The notes beneath the pieces were generated by a model. It was not told the DNA's origin. It saw nothing but the letters and a program-made list of their open reading frames with translations, and ran no database searches. DNA of 64,000 nt, taken from an uncultured Anaerolineales bacterium. GTDB lineage: Bacteria > Chloroflexota > Anaerolineae > B4-G1. This document shows, piece after piece, positions 23,373 to 33,655 of this stretch; the first letter of the stretch is position 1; each line of letters opens with the position of its first letter. The translations under genes were made by a program, and so were the position numbers. The stretch is from positions 5,692-69,691 of the forward strand of contig CAZZEX010000012.1 in the NCBI GenBank assembly GCA_964653285.1. The letters run 5' to 3'.

Positions 23373-23885
23373 ATGGTACTTCCGATGTGGGCGTTCTGGC
23401 TCGCGCTGGCGGCGATGGCCGTCGGGCTGATCGGCGTCATCCTGCCGGTTGTCCCCGGCGTCGGCTTCGTATGGCTCGTGGTGCTCGTCTACGCCGTCGC
23501 CGAGCGATTTGCCACCATTGACCTCATGACATTCGCCGTTCTCACCGTCCTGGGCGCGATTGGCCTCACTGCCGACCTATGGATGAGCCAGGCCGGGGCC
23601 AAGGTCGGCGGGGCCTCCGGTTGGTCACTGCTGGCCGGGCTGGTGCTGGGGGCGATTGGGGCCATCGTCGGCGCGATCTTCCTGGGGGTTGGCGCGGTGC
23701 CCGGCGCCATCGTCGGCACCATCGCTGGCGTCGTCCTGGCCGAGTGGTACAGGCGCAAAGATTGGCGCGAGGCGTTCAAAGCCGGCGGCGGGTGGCTGGT
23801 CGGCTGCACCCTCTCCGGCGGCGTGCAGTTCCTCATCGCCATCCTGATGATCCTCATCTTCGTCTGGCAGGCGCTGAGGGGATAG
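23373..23885 (+). CDS. DUF456-family membrane protein
   Basis: MVLPMWAFWLALAAMAVGLIGVILPVVPGVGFVWLVVLVYA... has four Gly/Ala-rich TM helices, a typical DUF456 layout. GC3 is very high. Confidence 0.65.
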   Translation: MVLPMWAFWLALAAMAVGLIGVILPVVPGVGFVWLVVLVYAVAERFATIDLMTFAVLTVLGAIGLTADLWMSQAGAKVGGASGWSLLAGLVLGAIGAIVGAIFLGVGAVPGAIVGTIAGVVLAEWYRRKDWREAFKAGGGWLVGCTLSGGVQFLIAILMILIFVWQALRG

Positions 23886-23889
23886 GTAG

Positions 23890-24102
23890 ATGGCACGGCG
23901 ACGCTCTTCCCGCCGACCCAGCCGCCGGGTGCTTATGACCCGCGCTCCGCGCCGGGGTACCCTGATCATTGCCTCCATCCTCTACATCATCGGCCTCTTC
24001 GGCGTGCTCGGCTTTTTCCCTGTCCCGGAGCCCTACGCCACCGCCGCGCTGGCTGTCGCCGGCGGCCTGCTCATCCTCGGCGCGCTCCTGCGCAACCTGT
24101 AG
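23890..24102 (+). CDS. small Arg-rich two-TM membrane protein (hypothetical)
   Basis: 70-aa ORF with host-like codon bias. A basic N-terminus is followed by LIIASILYIIGLFGVLGFF and AALAVAGGLLILGALL. Confidence 0.4.
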   Translation: MARRRSSRRPSRRVLMTRAPRRGTLIIASILYIIGLFGVLGFFPVPEPYATAALAVAGGLLILGALLRNL

Positions 24103-24173
24103 ACTCCGCCCGGTTGAACTTCGACCCCCTCACACTTGACATCTCTCCCCCCCTGCGCTATCATACCCCCACG

Positions 24174-25409
24174 ATGTTTGAACAACTCAGCCTCTTCGGC
24201 GGCTCGACCCTCTCCGAGCCTTACACCGTCAGTCAACTCACCGGCACCATTCGCCGTTCCATCGAGAGTGAGCCCAAACTGAGCGACGTGTGGGTCGAGG
24301 GGGAGGTCTCCAACTTCAGCCGCGCCTCCTCTGGCCATTACTACTTCACGCTCAAGGACACTGGCTCCCAGGTCAGTTGCGTAATGTGGCGCAACGTCGC
24401 CCAAGCGCAGGCCTACCTGCCCACAGGCGGCGACCTGGTGCTGGCTCACGGGCGGGTGTCCGTCTACGAGGCCGGTGGTCGCTACCAACTCTATGTGGAT
24501 CAACTCCGGCCGGCCGGCATAGGCGGCCTCTATCAGCAGTTCGAATCGCTCAAAGCGCGGCTGGAGGCCGAGGGGTTGTTCGCTCCGGAGCGCAAGCGGC
24601 CGCTGCCTCGCTTCCCCCGTCGTATCGGTGTCGTCACCTCTCCCTCTGCTGCCGCACTGCGCGACATCATTAACGTGCTGGGCCGCCGCTATCCGCTGGC
24701 GGAGGTGCTCCTCGCGCCTACGCCGGTGCAGGGAGACGCGGCCCCTCCACACATCGTCGCCGCGCTCAAGGCCCTCAACGAGCGCGAAGGTGTGGACGGC
24801 GTGGACGTCATCATCGTCGCCCGTGGTGGCGGCAGCCTGGAGGAACTGTGGGCCTTCAACGACGAGCAGGTGGCCCGCGCCGTCGCCGCATCCCGCATCC
24901 CGGTCATCTGCGGCGTGGGGCACGAGACCGACTCCTCGCTGGCCGACTTCGCCGCCGACGTGCGCGCTCCCACCCCCTCCGCCGCCGCCGAACTGGTCAC
25001 ACCCGACCGGGTAGAACTGAGCGCGCAGGTGGCAGGGCTGTCGGCGGCGCTGGTGGCGGCGCTGCAAGCGACTATTGAGGAACAGCGATGGAGATTGGCC
25101 GAGCAGGCGCGAGCGCTGAAGCACCTCTCGCCCGAGGCCCAATTGGTCCAGGTCCGCCAGCGCGTGGACGACCTGCTGGGCCACGCGGAGGCGGCGATGC
25201 GCCACAGCCTGACCTTGCACCGCGAGCGACTAGGTGGACTGATCGGGCGGCTGGCGGGGGTCAGCCCGCTGGGGACGCTGGAGCGGGGGTACGCCATCGT
25301 GCGCCACCGGGAGACGGGGGCCATCGTGCACTCGGTGGCCCAGGTCGCGCCGGGAGACGCGCTCGGCATTCGCGTCGTTGATGGAGAGCTTGAGGCAAAG
25401 GTAAAGTGA
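24174..25409 (+). CDS. xseA: exodeoxyribonuclease VII large subunit
   Basis: YTVSQLTGTIRRSIESEPKLSDVWVEGEVSNFSRASSGHYYFTLKD (OB-fold N-terminus), IGVVTSPSAAALRDI, RGGGSLEELWAFNDE and VGHETD motifs. I chose ATG 24174 over the TTG-initiated ORF extension. Confidence 0.9.
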   Translation: MFEQLSLFGGSTLSEPYTVSQLTGTIRRSIESEPKLSDVWVEGEVSNFSRASSGHYYFTLKDTGSQVSCVMWRNVAQAQAYLPTGGDLVLAHGRVSVYEAGGRYQLYVDQLRPAGIGGLYQQFESLKARLEAEGLFAPERKRPLPRFPRRIGVVTSPSAAALRDIINVLGRRYPLAEVLLAPTPVQGDAAPPHIVAALKALNEREGVDGVDVIIVARGGGSLEELWAFNDEQVARAVAASRIPVICGVGHETDSSLADFAADVRAPTPSAAAELVTPDRVELSAQVAGLSAALVAALQATIEEQRWRLAEQARALKHLSPEAQLVQVRQRVDDLLGHAEAAMRHSLTLHRERLGGLIGRLAGVSPLGTLERGYAIVRHRETGAIVHSVAQVAPGDALGIRVVDGELEAKVK

Positions 25410-25431
25410 CTATTGAACAAGGGAGGCTGCT

Positions 25432-26007
25432 ATGTCCGAAACCACCATCCAATCTGTATACTTCGACAGCCCCGGCCCGAAAAACACCGTCCGCACGCTG
25501 AAGGTCGCCAGGCAGCGGGCCGACGAACTGGGCATACACACCGTGCTGGTCGCCAGCACGCGGGGGGAGACGGGCGTCCAGGCCGCGCAACAGTTCCAGG
25601 GATACAAGGTCGTCGTCGTGACTCACTCCACCGGCTTTGCCGGCCCTGATACCCAGGAACTGATGGAGGAGAACCGCGCTGCCATCGAGGCCGTCGGTGC
25701 GGAGATCCTCACCTGCCAGCATGCCTTCGGCGGCATCAGCCGTGCCGTGCGCAAGAAGTGGGGCACCTACGCGATAGATGAAGTCGTGGCACAGACGCTG
25801 CGCATCTTCGGCGAGGGCATGAAAGTCTGCGTCGAGATCGCGCTGATGGCCGCCGACGCCGGGCTGGTGCGGGTGGGAGAGCCTTGCATTGCTATCGCCG
25901 GCACCGACCGGGGAGCCGACACCGCCGTCGTCCTCGTCCCCGCCCACGTGCAGCAGTTCTTCGACCTGCGCGTGATGGAAGTGCTGGCCAAGCCCCGGCT
26001 GGGCTAA
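25432..26007 (+). CDS. pyruvate kinase alpha/beta (PK_C-like) domain protein
   Basis: The 191-aa pattern YFDSPGPKNT..TL..A..RA.ELGI..VLVAS..GETG...VVVVTH..GF...LRIFGEGMKVCVEIALMAADAGL...GADTAVV matches my recollection of this small family. Confidence 0.65.
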   Translation: MSETTIQSVYFDSPGPKNTVRTLKVARQRADELGIHTVLVASTRGETGVQAAQQFQGYKVVVVTHSTGFAGPDTQELMEENRAAIEAVGAEILTCQHAFGGISRAVRKKWGTYAIDEVVAQTLRIFGEGMKVCVEIALMAADAGLVRVGEPCIAIAGTDRGADTAVVLVPAHVQQFFDLRVMEVLAKPRLG

Positions 26008-26181
26008 AGCTCAAATGGCTGCATGCCCACGCTGATGCGCAGGGCCTTGTCTACTCGCTCCATCAAGCCATCGGGTAACCGGCCCAACAACTGGCGCAAC
26101 CGTGACTTGTCCACCGTTCTGTGCCTCCTTCATACCGAATCATACCATGGCATGACCCAAGTGCCAATCAGCGAGGAGAAC

Positions 26182-26397
26182 ATGATGAACGAAATTGAAA
26201 ACCTGACCTTCGAGCAGGCTTTCGCCGAACTGGAAGAGACTGTCTGCAAACTGGAGGCGGGAGGACTGGCGCTGGAGGAGAGCCTGGCCCTCTTCGAGCG
26301 CGGGCAAGCGCTGGCCGCACGTTGCGGCACCCAACTGGACCAGGCCGAACTCAAAGTCCGCCAACTGTCGCCGGAAGGCATCGTCCCTTTCGAGTAA
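26182..26397 (+). CDS. xseB: exodeoxyribonuclease VII small subunit
   Basis: ATG 26182 follows GGAGA. LTFEQAFAELEETVCKLEAGGLALEESLALFERGQALAARCGTQLDQAE is the XseB helical hairpin signature. Confidence 0.88.
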   Translation: MMNEIENLTFEQAFAELEETVCKLEAGGLALEESLALFERGQALAARCGTQLDQAELKVRQLSPEGIVPFE

Positions 26398-26398
26398 G

Positions 26399-27136
26399 TC
26401 ATTCAGGTTTGGTGGCCAGGCAATAGATCAGCATCCCCATCCTGGATTTCCAACGCAGTTCGCTGATTACTAGCCAATCAGCCAACGCAGGGGAAACAAA
26501 TTGCACCAATGGGCTGAGAATATAGAAGGTGCATAAACTCGTGACCTCAAAACCGGCTAATCGAATCACTGTGGCCAGTCGCCGAGGCGTGAAACGATAA
26601 ATGTGTTGCTCATTGACCATCTTGGGGGTCAGGTTGAGCAAATCGAGCGTCCATTCCAATAGAGGCCACAGACTGTGATAGTTAGGCGTAGTGATAAGGA
26701 TCTCTCCTCCCGGTCTGAGCACCCGGTACAACTCTTTCAGGAAGTCTTGCGGGTCTTGCAGATGTTCAATCACTTCGACAAAGAGCAGCTTGTCTATTGA
26801 ATTATCGGCCAGGGATAAGGCATAGCCAGAGGCCTGCAGGAAAAGCGAGTTGTCGACTCCCTCGTTGCTGGACCGCTTTTGGCAGAAGCGCACAGCCTCC
26901 TGACTGATGTCAATGCCGATCACTGCCCTGGCCCCCTTGCCGATATGCAAGATCAAGTTCCCGGCCCCGCATCCGATCTCCGCAACACAGTCACGCAGCG
27001 TCACTTCGAGAACATGGTCTATTACCCGTAGCTTGTTCCGGTGCCAAAAACGCTGCAGTCGAGGCCCGCTTTGCATCACACGAAATTGGTAGTCACCGGG
27101 CACCGAATCATAGTCAAAACCGGGGTCACTCATCAT
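26399..27136 (-). CDS. class I SAM-dependent methyltransferase
   Basis: Motif I VAEIGCGAGNLILHIG and a post-I acidic residue IGIDIS. I chose ATG 27136 (MMSDPG), which overlaps the end of the upstream GT2 gene. Confidence 0.8.
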   Translation of the reverse strand: MMSDPGFDYDSVPGDYQFRVMQSGPRLQRFWHRNKLRVIDHVLEVTLRDCVAEIGCGAGNLILHIGKGARAVIGIDISQEAVRFCQKRSSNEGVDNSLFLQASGYALSLADNSIDKLLFVEVIEHLQDPQDFLKELYRVLRPGGEILITTPNYHSLWPLLEWTLDLLNLTPKMVNEQHIYRFTPRRLATVIRLAGFEVTSLCTFYILSPLVQFVSPALADWLVISELRWKSRMGMLIYCLATKPE

Positions 27137-28178
27137 GGGTCTCCTCGTCGAGATCACCAGGGGTTTGGTGATTGCGGCGTATAATGCCAGCCAGATCACC
27201 CTTATCCGCGCGAGCAAAGGCAGCCAGCAAGCTCTTGTTGAGTTCAACCAGCGCCCATACCACAAGCACCAGGCCAAAACCGATCATAATCCAGTCCCTA
27301 ACCTTGGTATCCACAAACCTAAGTGTGAGAACCCAGGCGAGCGTGGATAACTGGGAAGGAATAGGAATGTGTAACGTTAGCCAGTGTGCCATTCCCGTGC
27401 TCGCCATAATCAAACCCAGGACGAAAGCAACCATCAAGAATTTGACCCTGGGACTAGGTTCGAGCCACTTCCAGAAGCTGGCCCAGTAAAATACTTTTAG
27501 CGTGTCCACAAACATGTAGCCGATCGTCAGTGCACCGATTCGGCCACTATGAGTGCGTTGAAATGAAACCACAACGGGCGCCTCGACGATCTTGTATCCG
27601 AAGCGGCTGACAGCGACCATAAGCTCAAGGTCGAAAGCAAACCGTCGCACTTTCAGTCGCTGGGTGACGCGGCGCAGCACGTTGGCCCGGAAGAGCTTGA
27701 TCCCGGTCTGAGTGTCGCGTAAGTCCAGGCCAAATAAAAATCGAATGAGGAGAGAATAGACAACGCTCGTAATGCGCCTGAACCACGGATACCTCAATTC
27801 GGAACCGGGATGCATCTTGGACCCAATAACCACGTCAGCCCCCGTCTCGTGCATAATCTTGATGAAAGACAGTAACAGGCTTGGATGTAATTCCAGGTCC
27901 GCATCGAGGAAGGCTATGATCTCACCCGTGGCGTACTGAAAGCCGAGAAACACCGCTGCTCCCTTGCCTCGGTTGGGTGATTGACGCACTGGGCGGATAC
28001 GCGCGTTCTCGGCAGCAATGGCTATCATCTCTTGATACGTAGAATCCTGACTGCCATCGTCTACGACAATGATTTCGTAATCCAAGTCTTCCAGTACAAG
28101 CGCAATCTCATGTAGGCATACTCGGATACGGTCTGCTTCATTATAAGCTGGAACCACCACAGAGACTTGAGCCATCAT
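27126..28178 (-). CDS. GT2 glycosyltransferase with C-terminal TM helices (polyprenyl-phosphate sugar synthase-like)
   Basis: VSVVVPAYNEADRI...YEIIVVDDGSQDST...NRGKGAAV...AFLDADL is the DPM1/GtrB-like GT2 signature. Four C-terminal hydrophobic helices follow. Confidence 0.82.
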   Translation of the reverse strand: MMAQVSVVVPAYNEADRIRVCLHEIALVLEDLDYEIIVVDDGSQDSTYQEMIAIAAENARIRPVRQSPNRGKGAAVFLGFQYATGEIIAFLDADLELHPSLLLSFIKIMHETGADVVIGSKMHPGSELRYPWFRRITSVVYSLLIRFLFGLDLRDTQTGIKLFRANVLRRVTQRLKVRRFAFDLELMVAVSRFGYKIVEAPVVVSFQRTHSGRIGALTIGYMFVDTLKVFYWASFWKWLEPSPRVKFLMVAFVLGLIMASTGMAHWLTLHIPIPSQLSTLAWVLTLRFVDTKVRDWIMIGFGLVLVVWALVELNKSLLAAFARADKGDLAGIIRRNHQTPGDLDEETHDE

Positions 28179-28243
28179 CTGATCCTTCAAGTCAGGTTTC
28201 TCGAAGCACTATGTTGGCTTCCTGTCAATCCTGTTCACGCTTG

Positions 28244-29791
28244 TCAACGCCGGATCAACTCCCCCACTGCTCGCAGTTCCTCCACCCGCAGCAGCAATGC
28301 AACACCCAGATAGACCGCTGCGCCCAACACGATACCCCCGCCGCCGAGTACCAGCGATCCCGCGTTCGGTAGCACAGCCTGCCACCCCAGCAATACCACC
28401 CCCATTGCCAGCGATGCCAGCCCGCTCTTGGCGAAGGCAGTCAGCGTCCGCCGACCTTCCAGGCCGTCCATCCGCCGCCGGATCAACACCACCAGCACCA
28501 CCAGCTCCAGCAGTGTTGCGACCGAGTTGGCCAGCGCGAGCCCCGCGTGGGGTGGCCAACCCGCCAGCCCGAACACCCCCGGCAGCGTCAGGCTCAGCGC
28601 CACGTTGAGACCCATCGCCAGTCCGCCCACCCACACCGGCGTGAACGTGTCGTGCAGCGCGTAGAAGGCACGAGCGATGATCTCCAGCCCAGCGTGTCCC
28701 ACCAACCCCAGTGCGTAAAGGGCCAGCGCCCACGCCACCGCATCCGTCGATGCCGCCTCAAACGCCCCTCGCTCGAAAAGCAGCCCCACCAACGGCCGGC
28801 CCAGCACCAGCAACCCCACCGTGGCCGGGAGGCAGAGAGAGGAAACCGCCCGCAGTGTCGCGGCCAATGTGCTCCGCATCTCGGCCCGCTCCCCCCGAGC
28901 CGCCTGCGCGGCGAAGGTCGGGAAGGCAGCCGTCCCCACTGCCTGAGCGAAGACCCCCTGCGGCAGCGTCATCAGCATCCAGGCGTAGTTAATGGCGGAA
29001 ACCGCTCCCTCACCCATCCCCGAGGCCAGGCTATTGTTGACGACGAAGTTGAGTTGGGCGATGGCCGTGCCCAGCACGCGCGGGGCCATCAGCCGCCCCA
29101 CCTCGCGCACGCTGGGGTTATCCAGTCCCAACGTGGGGACGTAGCGCGCGCCGTAGCGCAACAGCCCCGGCACCTGTACCAGCAAGTGCAGCGCCGCCCC
29201 CACGACTACGCCGACCGCCATCCCCCGCACGCCCAGGTGTGGCCCCAGCAGCAGCGCCCCGCCGATGATGGAGAGGTTGTAGACCGAGGGAGCCAGTGCT
29301 GGCAGGAGGAAATGCTGATGGGCGTTCAACGCTCCCATCACAATGCCACTCACGCCGAAGATGACCGGGGAGATCAACATCAGCCGCAAGAGGCTGACCG
29401 TGAGCACCTGCTGAGGTAGGGCGAAGCCGGGGGCGATAACCGTCCGTACCAGTGCCGGCGCGAAGACCGCTGTCAGTCCCGCTGCGACGGTCAGCACAAT
29501 CAGTGCCAGGTTGACGACGGCCGAGGCCAACCGCCAGGCTCCGGCGTGGTCTTCCTTTGCCAGGTGGTCGGCGAAGGTGGGGATGAAAGCCGAGCCCAGC
29601 GCCCCACCCGCGACGACCAGGAAGACCGTCTCCGAGATGCGGGCCGCAACCAGGTAGGCGTCGAGATCGCTGCCGGTGCCAAACAGTGCGCTGATGACCA
29701 CCTGGCGCACCAGCCCCAGCACACGGCTCACGACGAAGAACGTCATCACCAGCGCCGCCGCTTTCGCAATCTGTCGCCCTCCTCTGTTCAT
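28244..29791 (-). CDS. murJ: lipid II flippase MurJ (MviN family, MOP superfamily)
   Basis: The N-terminus AALVMTFFVVSRVLGLVRQVVISALFGTGSDLDAYLVAARISE...GGALGSAFIPTF is typical of MurJ. 515 aa, about 14 TM helices, very high GC. Confidence 0.88.
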   Translation of the reverse strand: MNRGGRQIAKAAALVMTFFVVSRVLGLVRQVVISALFGTGSDLDAYLVAARISETVFLVVAGGALGSAFIPTFADHLAKEDHAGAWRLASAVVNLALIVLTVAAGLTAVFAPALVRTVIAPGFALPQQVLTVSLLRLMLISPVIFGVSGIVMGALNAHQHFLLPALAPSVYNLSIIGGALLLGPHLGVRGMAVGVVVGAALHLLVQVPGLLRYGARYVPTLGLDNPSVREVGRLMAPRVLGTAIAQLNFVVNNSLASGMGEGAVSAINYAWMLMTLPQGVFAQAVGTAAFPTFAAQAARGERAEMRSTLAATLRAVSSLCLPATVGLLVLGRPLVGLLFERGAFEAASTDAVAWALALYALGLVGHAGLEIIARAFYALHDTFTPVWVGGLAMGLNVALSLTLPGVFGLAGWPPHAGLALANSVATLLELVVLVVLIRRRMDGLEGRRTLTAFAKSGLASLAMGVVLLGWQAVLPNAGSLVLGGGGIVLGAAVYLGVALLLRVEELRAVGELIRR

Positions 29792-29952
29792 CCAACCCCC
29801 CGAGCAGGGCTCACGTCACCAGCCACAACTATCGTCATTCTGACCAGCCTATCGAATCAACTCGTCCCGCACGAACAGAGGGCCGCCAGACATAGTCTCG
29901 GTGGCCCCTGAACAACCAAAATCCGTGTCCAGGGTATCGGAGATCCCGGCCC

Positions 29953-31416
29953 TCAATTTCTCCCTGGCACTAACTTACCATCTCTATACCAAAAAACGAC
30001 ACCATTTGACTCTTCCCTAAGTTGATCTACATAGTCCTCCTGCTGTTGTGGTGATAATCCAACTAGCTCGGTATCCAGTATAGTCTCAATGTCAAAATCA
30101 TATCCTAGAATCTTGGTTGCTGAGGGAAAGGTATTTCTGAATGTGAATGCATACTCAATATGGTCAGGCAAGTTGATGAGCAAAATTTGAGTGCCAGTGG
30201 GTAAGTTTTCGATCTGGCTATCTAGTTGCATCAGAACGGATTTACTGACCTTTGCTGACCTGCCAAACCACACACTACGGTACCCCAAAACATGGGCATT
30301 TAGCCCAGCATATAGTATGATAACAATTGCCACCGCTCGTTTCATCCATTTGCCATGCTCTTTTGCAGTATCCCATGCACCGACAAATACAGTGGAAAAC
30401 ACCAACACAATGCCAACAGAGGATAAAAAAACTGACCGTTCTGAGACAATAAAGATAACAGGTGCCAACGCGACAACAATCCAAACAAAGGAAAACCATA
30501 ACGATTTCCTGTACTGCTCACCGGTCAGCCAAATCCGCTCTCGAAACCACATCCAACCGGTCATTATGATAATACTCGTGGAAGAAATGAGGGTCACAAT
30601 CGGCAATACAGGCCGTGCTTGCCACGAGGGTAAAGAGGCCCAAAAAGCGTAATTATTCGGGAGCGTAAACACGCCAATCAACATATAATATGCAAAGTTC
30701 ATAGCAAGACGAGGAATGTTAAACTCAACAGCGGAAGTGTAAGCACTACCCTGGGATATTCTAAACAATAGAAAGGCTAGCCACAGCAGGACTATGGGCA
30801 ACACGGGCGTAAAAAATCGCCAATCGAGCTTCTTATCCCTGGCTGGTTCAAACCAAAGCCCATCGTAGACCAACAACATAAGCGGCAACAACAAGGCAGT
30901 CTCTTTGGAAGCCAATCCCAACAAGCAATTAAGACCTGCAGCCACAAGCCACAAATTATCGCCCGTCCTTCGAAACAAGATAAAACTTATCGTACTGACC
31001 AGGATGAATAAACCTGCCAGCAACTCATTGGTTGCGGCAAACCACAAAACTGGCTCCGCATGAGTGGCGAACACAGAAAACAAAATGGTTGCCAAGGTCC
31101 CAATGCGCCCGTCGCGCGTGAGCAAATGCGCCAATACCCCAACATGGGCCGATATCAACGCGTATAAAACGACGCTCAACAGACGATAGCCAAGTGGATT
31201 TAACCCGAATAATTGCCAGCCCAGGGCAACAAATACATCATGCACCGGCCGATACGAGCCGCCTCGCAAGCCCGCAAACCAACTTAGTACGTCCTGCCAC
31301 GAAAACTGCATATTTCTCAGGATAACCGGCCAGTCATCACAACAAAAGTAGTTGTTTAGCCAGGGCAAAAAGACTAAAGCCAAGATAAAAGCCAAGCCAT
31401 AATATTTGAAATACAT
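29953..31416 (-). CDS. GT-C fold membrane glycosyltransferase, TMTC/PMT_2 (DUF1736)-like, lacking TPR domain
   Basis: NNYFCCDDWPVILRN (first-loop DD/DE motif), SYRPV, GLNPLGYRLLSVVLYAL and FATHAEPVLWFAATNELLAGLF follow the TMTC-type O-mannosyltransferase pattern. Base composition is conspicuously AT-richer than the flanks. Confidence 0.6.
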   Translation of the reverse strand: MYFKYYGLAFILALVFLPWLNNYFCCDDWPVILRNMQFSWQDVLSWFAGLRGGSYRPVHDVFVALGWQLFGLNPLGYRLLSVVLYALISAHVGVLAHLLTRDGRIGTLATILFSVFATHAEPVLWFAATNELLAGLFILVSTISFILFRRTGDNLWLVAAGLNCLLGLASKETALLLPLMLLVYDGLWFEPARDKKLDWRFFTPVLPIVLLWLAFLLFRISQGSAYTSAVEFNIPRLAMNFAYYMLIGVFTLPNNYAFWASLPSWQARPVLPIVTLISSTSIIIMTGWMWFRERIWLTGEQYRKSLWFSFVWIVVALAPVIFIVSERSVFLSSVGIVLVFSTVFVGAWDTAKEHGKWMKRAVAIVIILYAGLNAHVLGYRSVWFGRSAKVSKSVLMQLDSQIENLPTGTQILLINLPDHIEYAFTFRNTFPSATKILGYDFDIETILDTELVGLSPQQQEDYVDQLREESNGVVFWYRDGKLVPGRN

Positions 31417-31458
31417 ACCGAGCGGCTCCTATTTCAATGTTCACTGTGCCTTCTTCTT

Positions 31459-32562
31459 CTAAAGGACAAATCCACCACTCTCCAGTGAGGCCAGCAGACG
31501 TCGAGCTGTGCGCCTCCAGGTAAACTCCCGGGCTCGTTCGATGCCTGCTCGCCGCAAAAACCGTCGCAGAGACGTATCATCCAGTAATTGTACCATCGCG
31601 GCCGCGATTTCCTCCGCATTGGTTGGGTCTACCGTCAAGGCGGCCTCGCCAACCACTTCGGGCAGGCTGGTCGTATCGCTTGTGATAACCGGTGTACCGC
31701 AGGCCATTGCCTCAACAGGAGGCAATCCAAACCCTTCGTAAAGGGAAGGGTAGATCAGCATCTCAGCCTGCCGGTAGAAGGTGGGCAAGTCTTCCTGGGC
31801 AATAAAACCGGGCAAAACCACACCAGCGGAGCGGGCTCGCCCCACAAGCTCTCCGCTCTCCCAACGTTGTAATCCGCCCCAGACCATTGCCGGCACCGAC
31901 TCTCTCCTCGCCTTCAAAATCAAATAGGCATCAAGCAAGCGAGATAGGTTCTTTCGGGGGTGGATGTTACCCATCGCCAGAATATAGCCTGGGGCCACCC
32001 CATAAGCGCGCAATATCTTCCCGTCCTCAGGCCCTTGCTCAGGACGGAATATTCGGCCCAAACCTGGGTACACCACGACAGCTTTCTCGATCGCCGTCGG
32101 GTGAAAGCGCGCCAGTTCCCGACGTGTGAAATCAGAGAGTACGACGACACGCTCTGCTCGACGTATTGCCAGGCTGGTCAGAAGGCGCATGTAGAAAGCG
32201 ATGGTGGTGGGAAAATACTCTGGATGAGCACGAAAGGAAAAGTCGTGTACCAGCACCGCCCCCCGGCAAGGGGTTATAGGAGGCAAGAAGAAAGTCGAAA
32301 GATACCAATCCGCTTTCAACCGACGCAGGGCAATGGTCTGTTGCCAGAGAAAAAAGGGGAGGCGGCGATACAGCCCTAAGTTCACCTGTTGAAAGGCGGG
32401 CGGAAGATTCAGTGGCCTGCCCCAGTCACAGGTTAGCAGGCTCACCCGAATCGGGGGGTTGAGCACAGCCAGCCCTCCAACCAGCCCGGTTATGTAGGTC
32501 TCGTTCCCACCACGCCGCCGCCCAACCTCTGTTGCATTGATGACCAAATGCATCCCAGGCAT
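31459..32562 (-). CDS. GT4 (group 1) glycosyltransferase
   Basis: [38 protein letters not shown] is the GT4 E-x7-E region. Confidence 0.85.
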   Translation of the reverse strand: MPGMHLVINATEVGRRRGGNETYITGLVGGLAVLNPPIRVSLLTCDWGRPLNLPPAFQQVNLGLYRRLPFFLWQQTIALRRLKADWYLSTFFLPPITPCRGAVLVHDFSFRAHPEYFPTTIAFYMRLLTSLAIRRAERVVVLSDFTRRELARFHPTAIEKAVVVYPGLGRIFRPEQGPEDGKILRAYGVAPGYILAMGNIHPRKNLSRLLDAYLILKARRESVPAMVWGGLQRWESGELVGRARSAGVVLPGFIAQEDLPTFYRQAEMLIYPSLYEGFGLPPVEAMACGTPVITSDTTSLPEVVGEAALTVDPTNAEEIAAAMVQLLDDTSLRRFLRRAGIERAREFTWRRTARRLLASLESGGFVL

Positions 32563-32692
32563 CCCTGCTCCCCATTCCCCAAGTCTTTTGACCGCACCAG
32601 TATTCTATGTTACAATTCGCCCCCAGTCAAACCGGCTGAATCAACAGGACCACCAAAAATCAGGTACCAGGTACCTGTGGGGCGTTCAACGC

Positions 32693-33655
32693 ATGGAACT
32701 GGCGATCATTATCCTGAACTGGAATGCGGCGGCTGATACAGTCCGCTGCGTTCGCAGCATCGCCTCCTGGAAACGTCTACAGCCGACGATTCTGGTGGTA
32801 GACAATGGTTCTACTGATGACAGCCCCGCCGTCATTTCGCGTGAATGTCCTGAAGTTCACCTGATAAGTAACTCAACCAACCTGGGTTTTGCTGGCGGAA
32901 ACAACCGGGGGATTGTGGAGGCACTCTCACTCCCTGTGGGAATGGGAGATGCGCCAATTCTCTTGCTAAATAATGATGCCTGGGTTGAGGAAAACGATGT
33001 CATCAGGCTTCTGGAAACCCTCCAGGCCAATGAACAAATAGGCTTAATTGGGCCGCTGCTCTTTGATGCTGAACAGACAGACAGGTTACTGGCAGCCGGG
33101 AGCAAGGATCCAGCCCGACACCACCACTCGCACATTGGTGAGAACTATGAATTGCCGACCAGCAGACCTGTTCAAATCGTCGAGTGTGTGCCGGGGACTG
33201 TAATCGTGGGGCGGGCCGAAGTCTTTCGCAAGGTTGGCCTCCTGGATGAAGACTATTTCTACGGCAGTGAGGTGGCTGACTTATGCCTGCGTGCCGGACA
33301 GCACGGCTACCTTAGCGCCATAGACACCCGCGCCCGAGCCTTCCACGACCTGGGGCGCTCGTCCAAATTTCGAGACACGCTCTATACCTACTACATCATT
33401 CGCAACCGCTTCCTGCTGATTCGCAAGTTTCATCAGAGGTGGAAAATTCTGTTCTATGGCTTCTGGACTCTTTACAGCCTGGCCCTAACGATGAAAATGC
33501 AATTGAACGGCAAACTATCCACAGCTCGAGCCGTCCGCCTGGGGCTTCTCGATGGCTTGCGAGGACGATTTGGCGGCCAGAACGAGCGCGTGCTGGCTAT
33601 CGCTTCTGGCGCAGTGGGACGATTTGACAGCCAGGCGGAGCCTCCCAGGCGATGA
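32693..33655 (+). CDS. GT2 glycosyltransferase
   Basis: ATG 32693. LAIIILNWNAAADTVRCVRSI...TILVVDNGSTDDS...NLGFAGGNN. Confidence 0.82.
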   Translation: MELAIIILNWNAAADTVRCVRSIASWKRLQPTILVVDNGSTDDSPAVISRECPEVHLISNSTNLGFAGGNNRGIVEALSLPVGMGDAPILLLNNDAWVEENDVIRLLETLQANEQIGLIGPLLFDAEQTDRLLAAGSKDPARHHHSHIGENYELPTSRPVQIVECVPGTVIVGRAEVFRKVGLLDEDYFYGSEVADLCLRAGQHGYLSAIDTRARAFHDLGRSSKFRDTLYTYYIIRNRFLLIRKFHQRWKILFYGFWTLYSLALTMKMQLNGKLSTARAVRLGLLDGLRGRFGGQNERVLAIASGAVGRFDSQAEPPRR

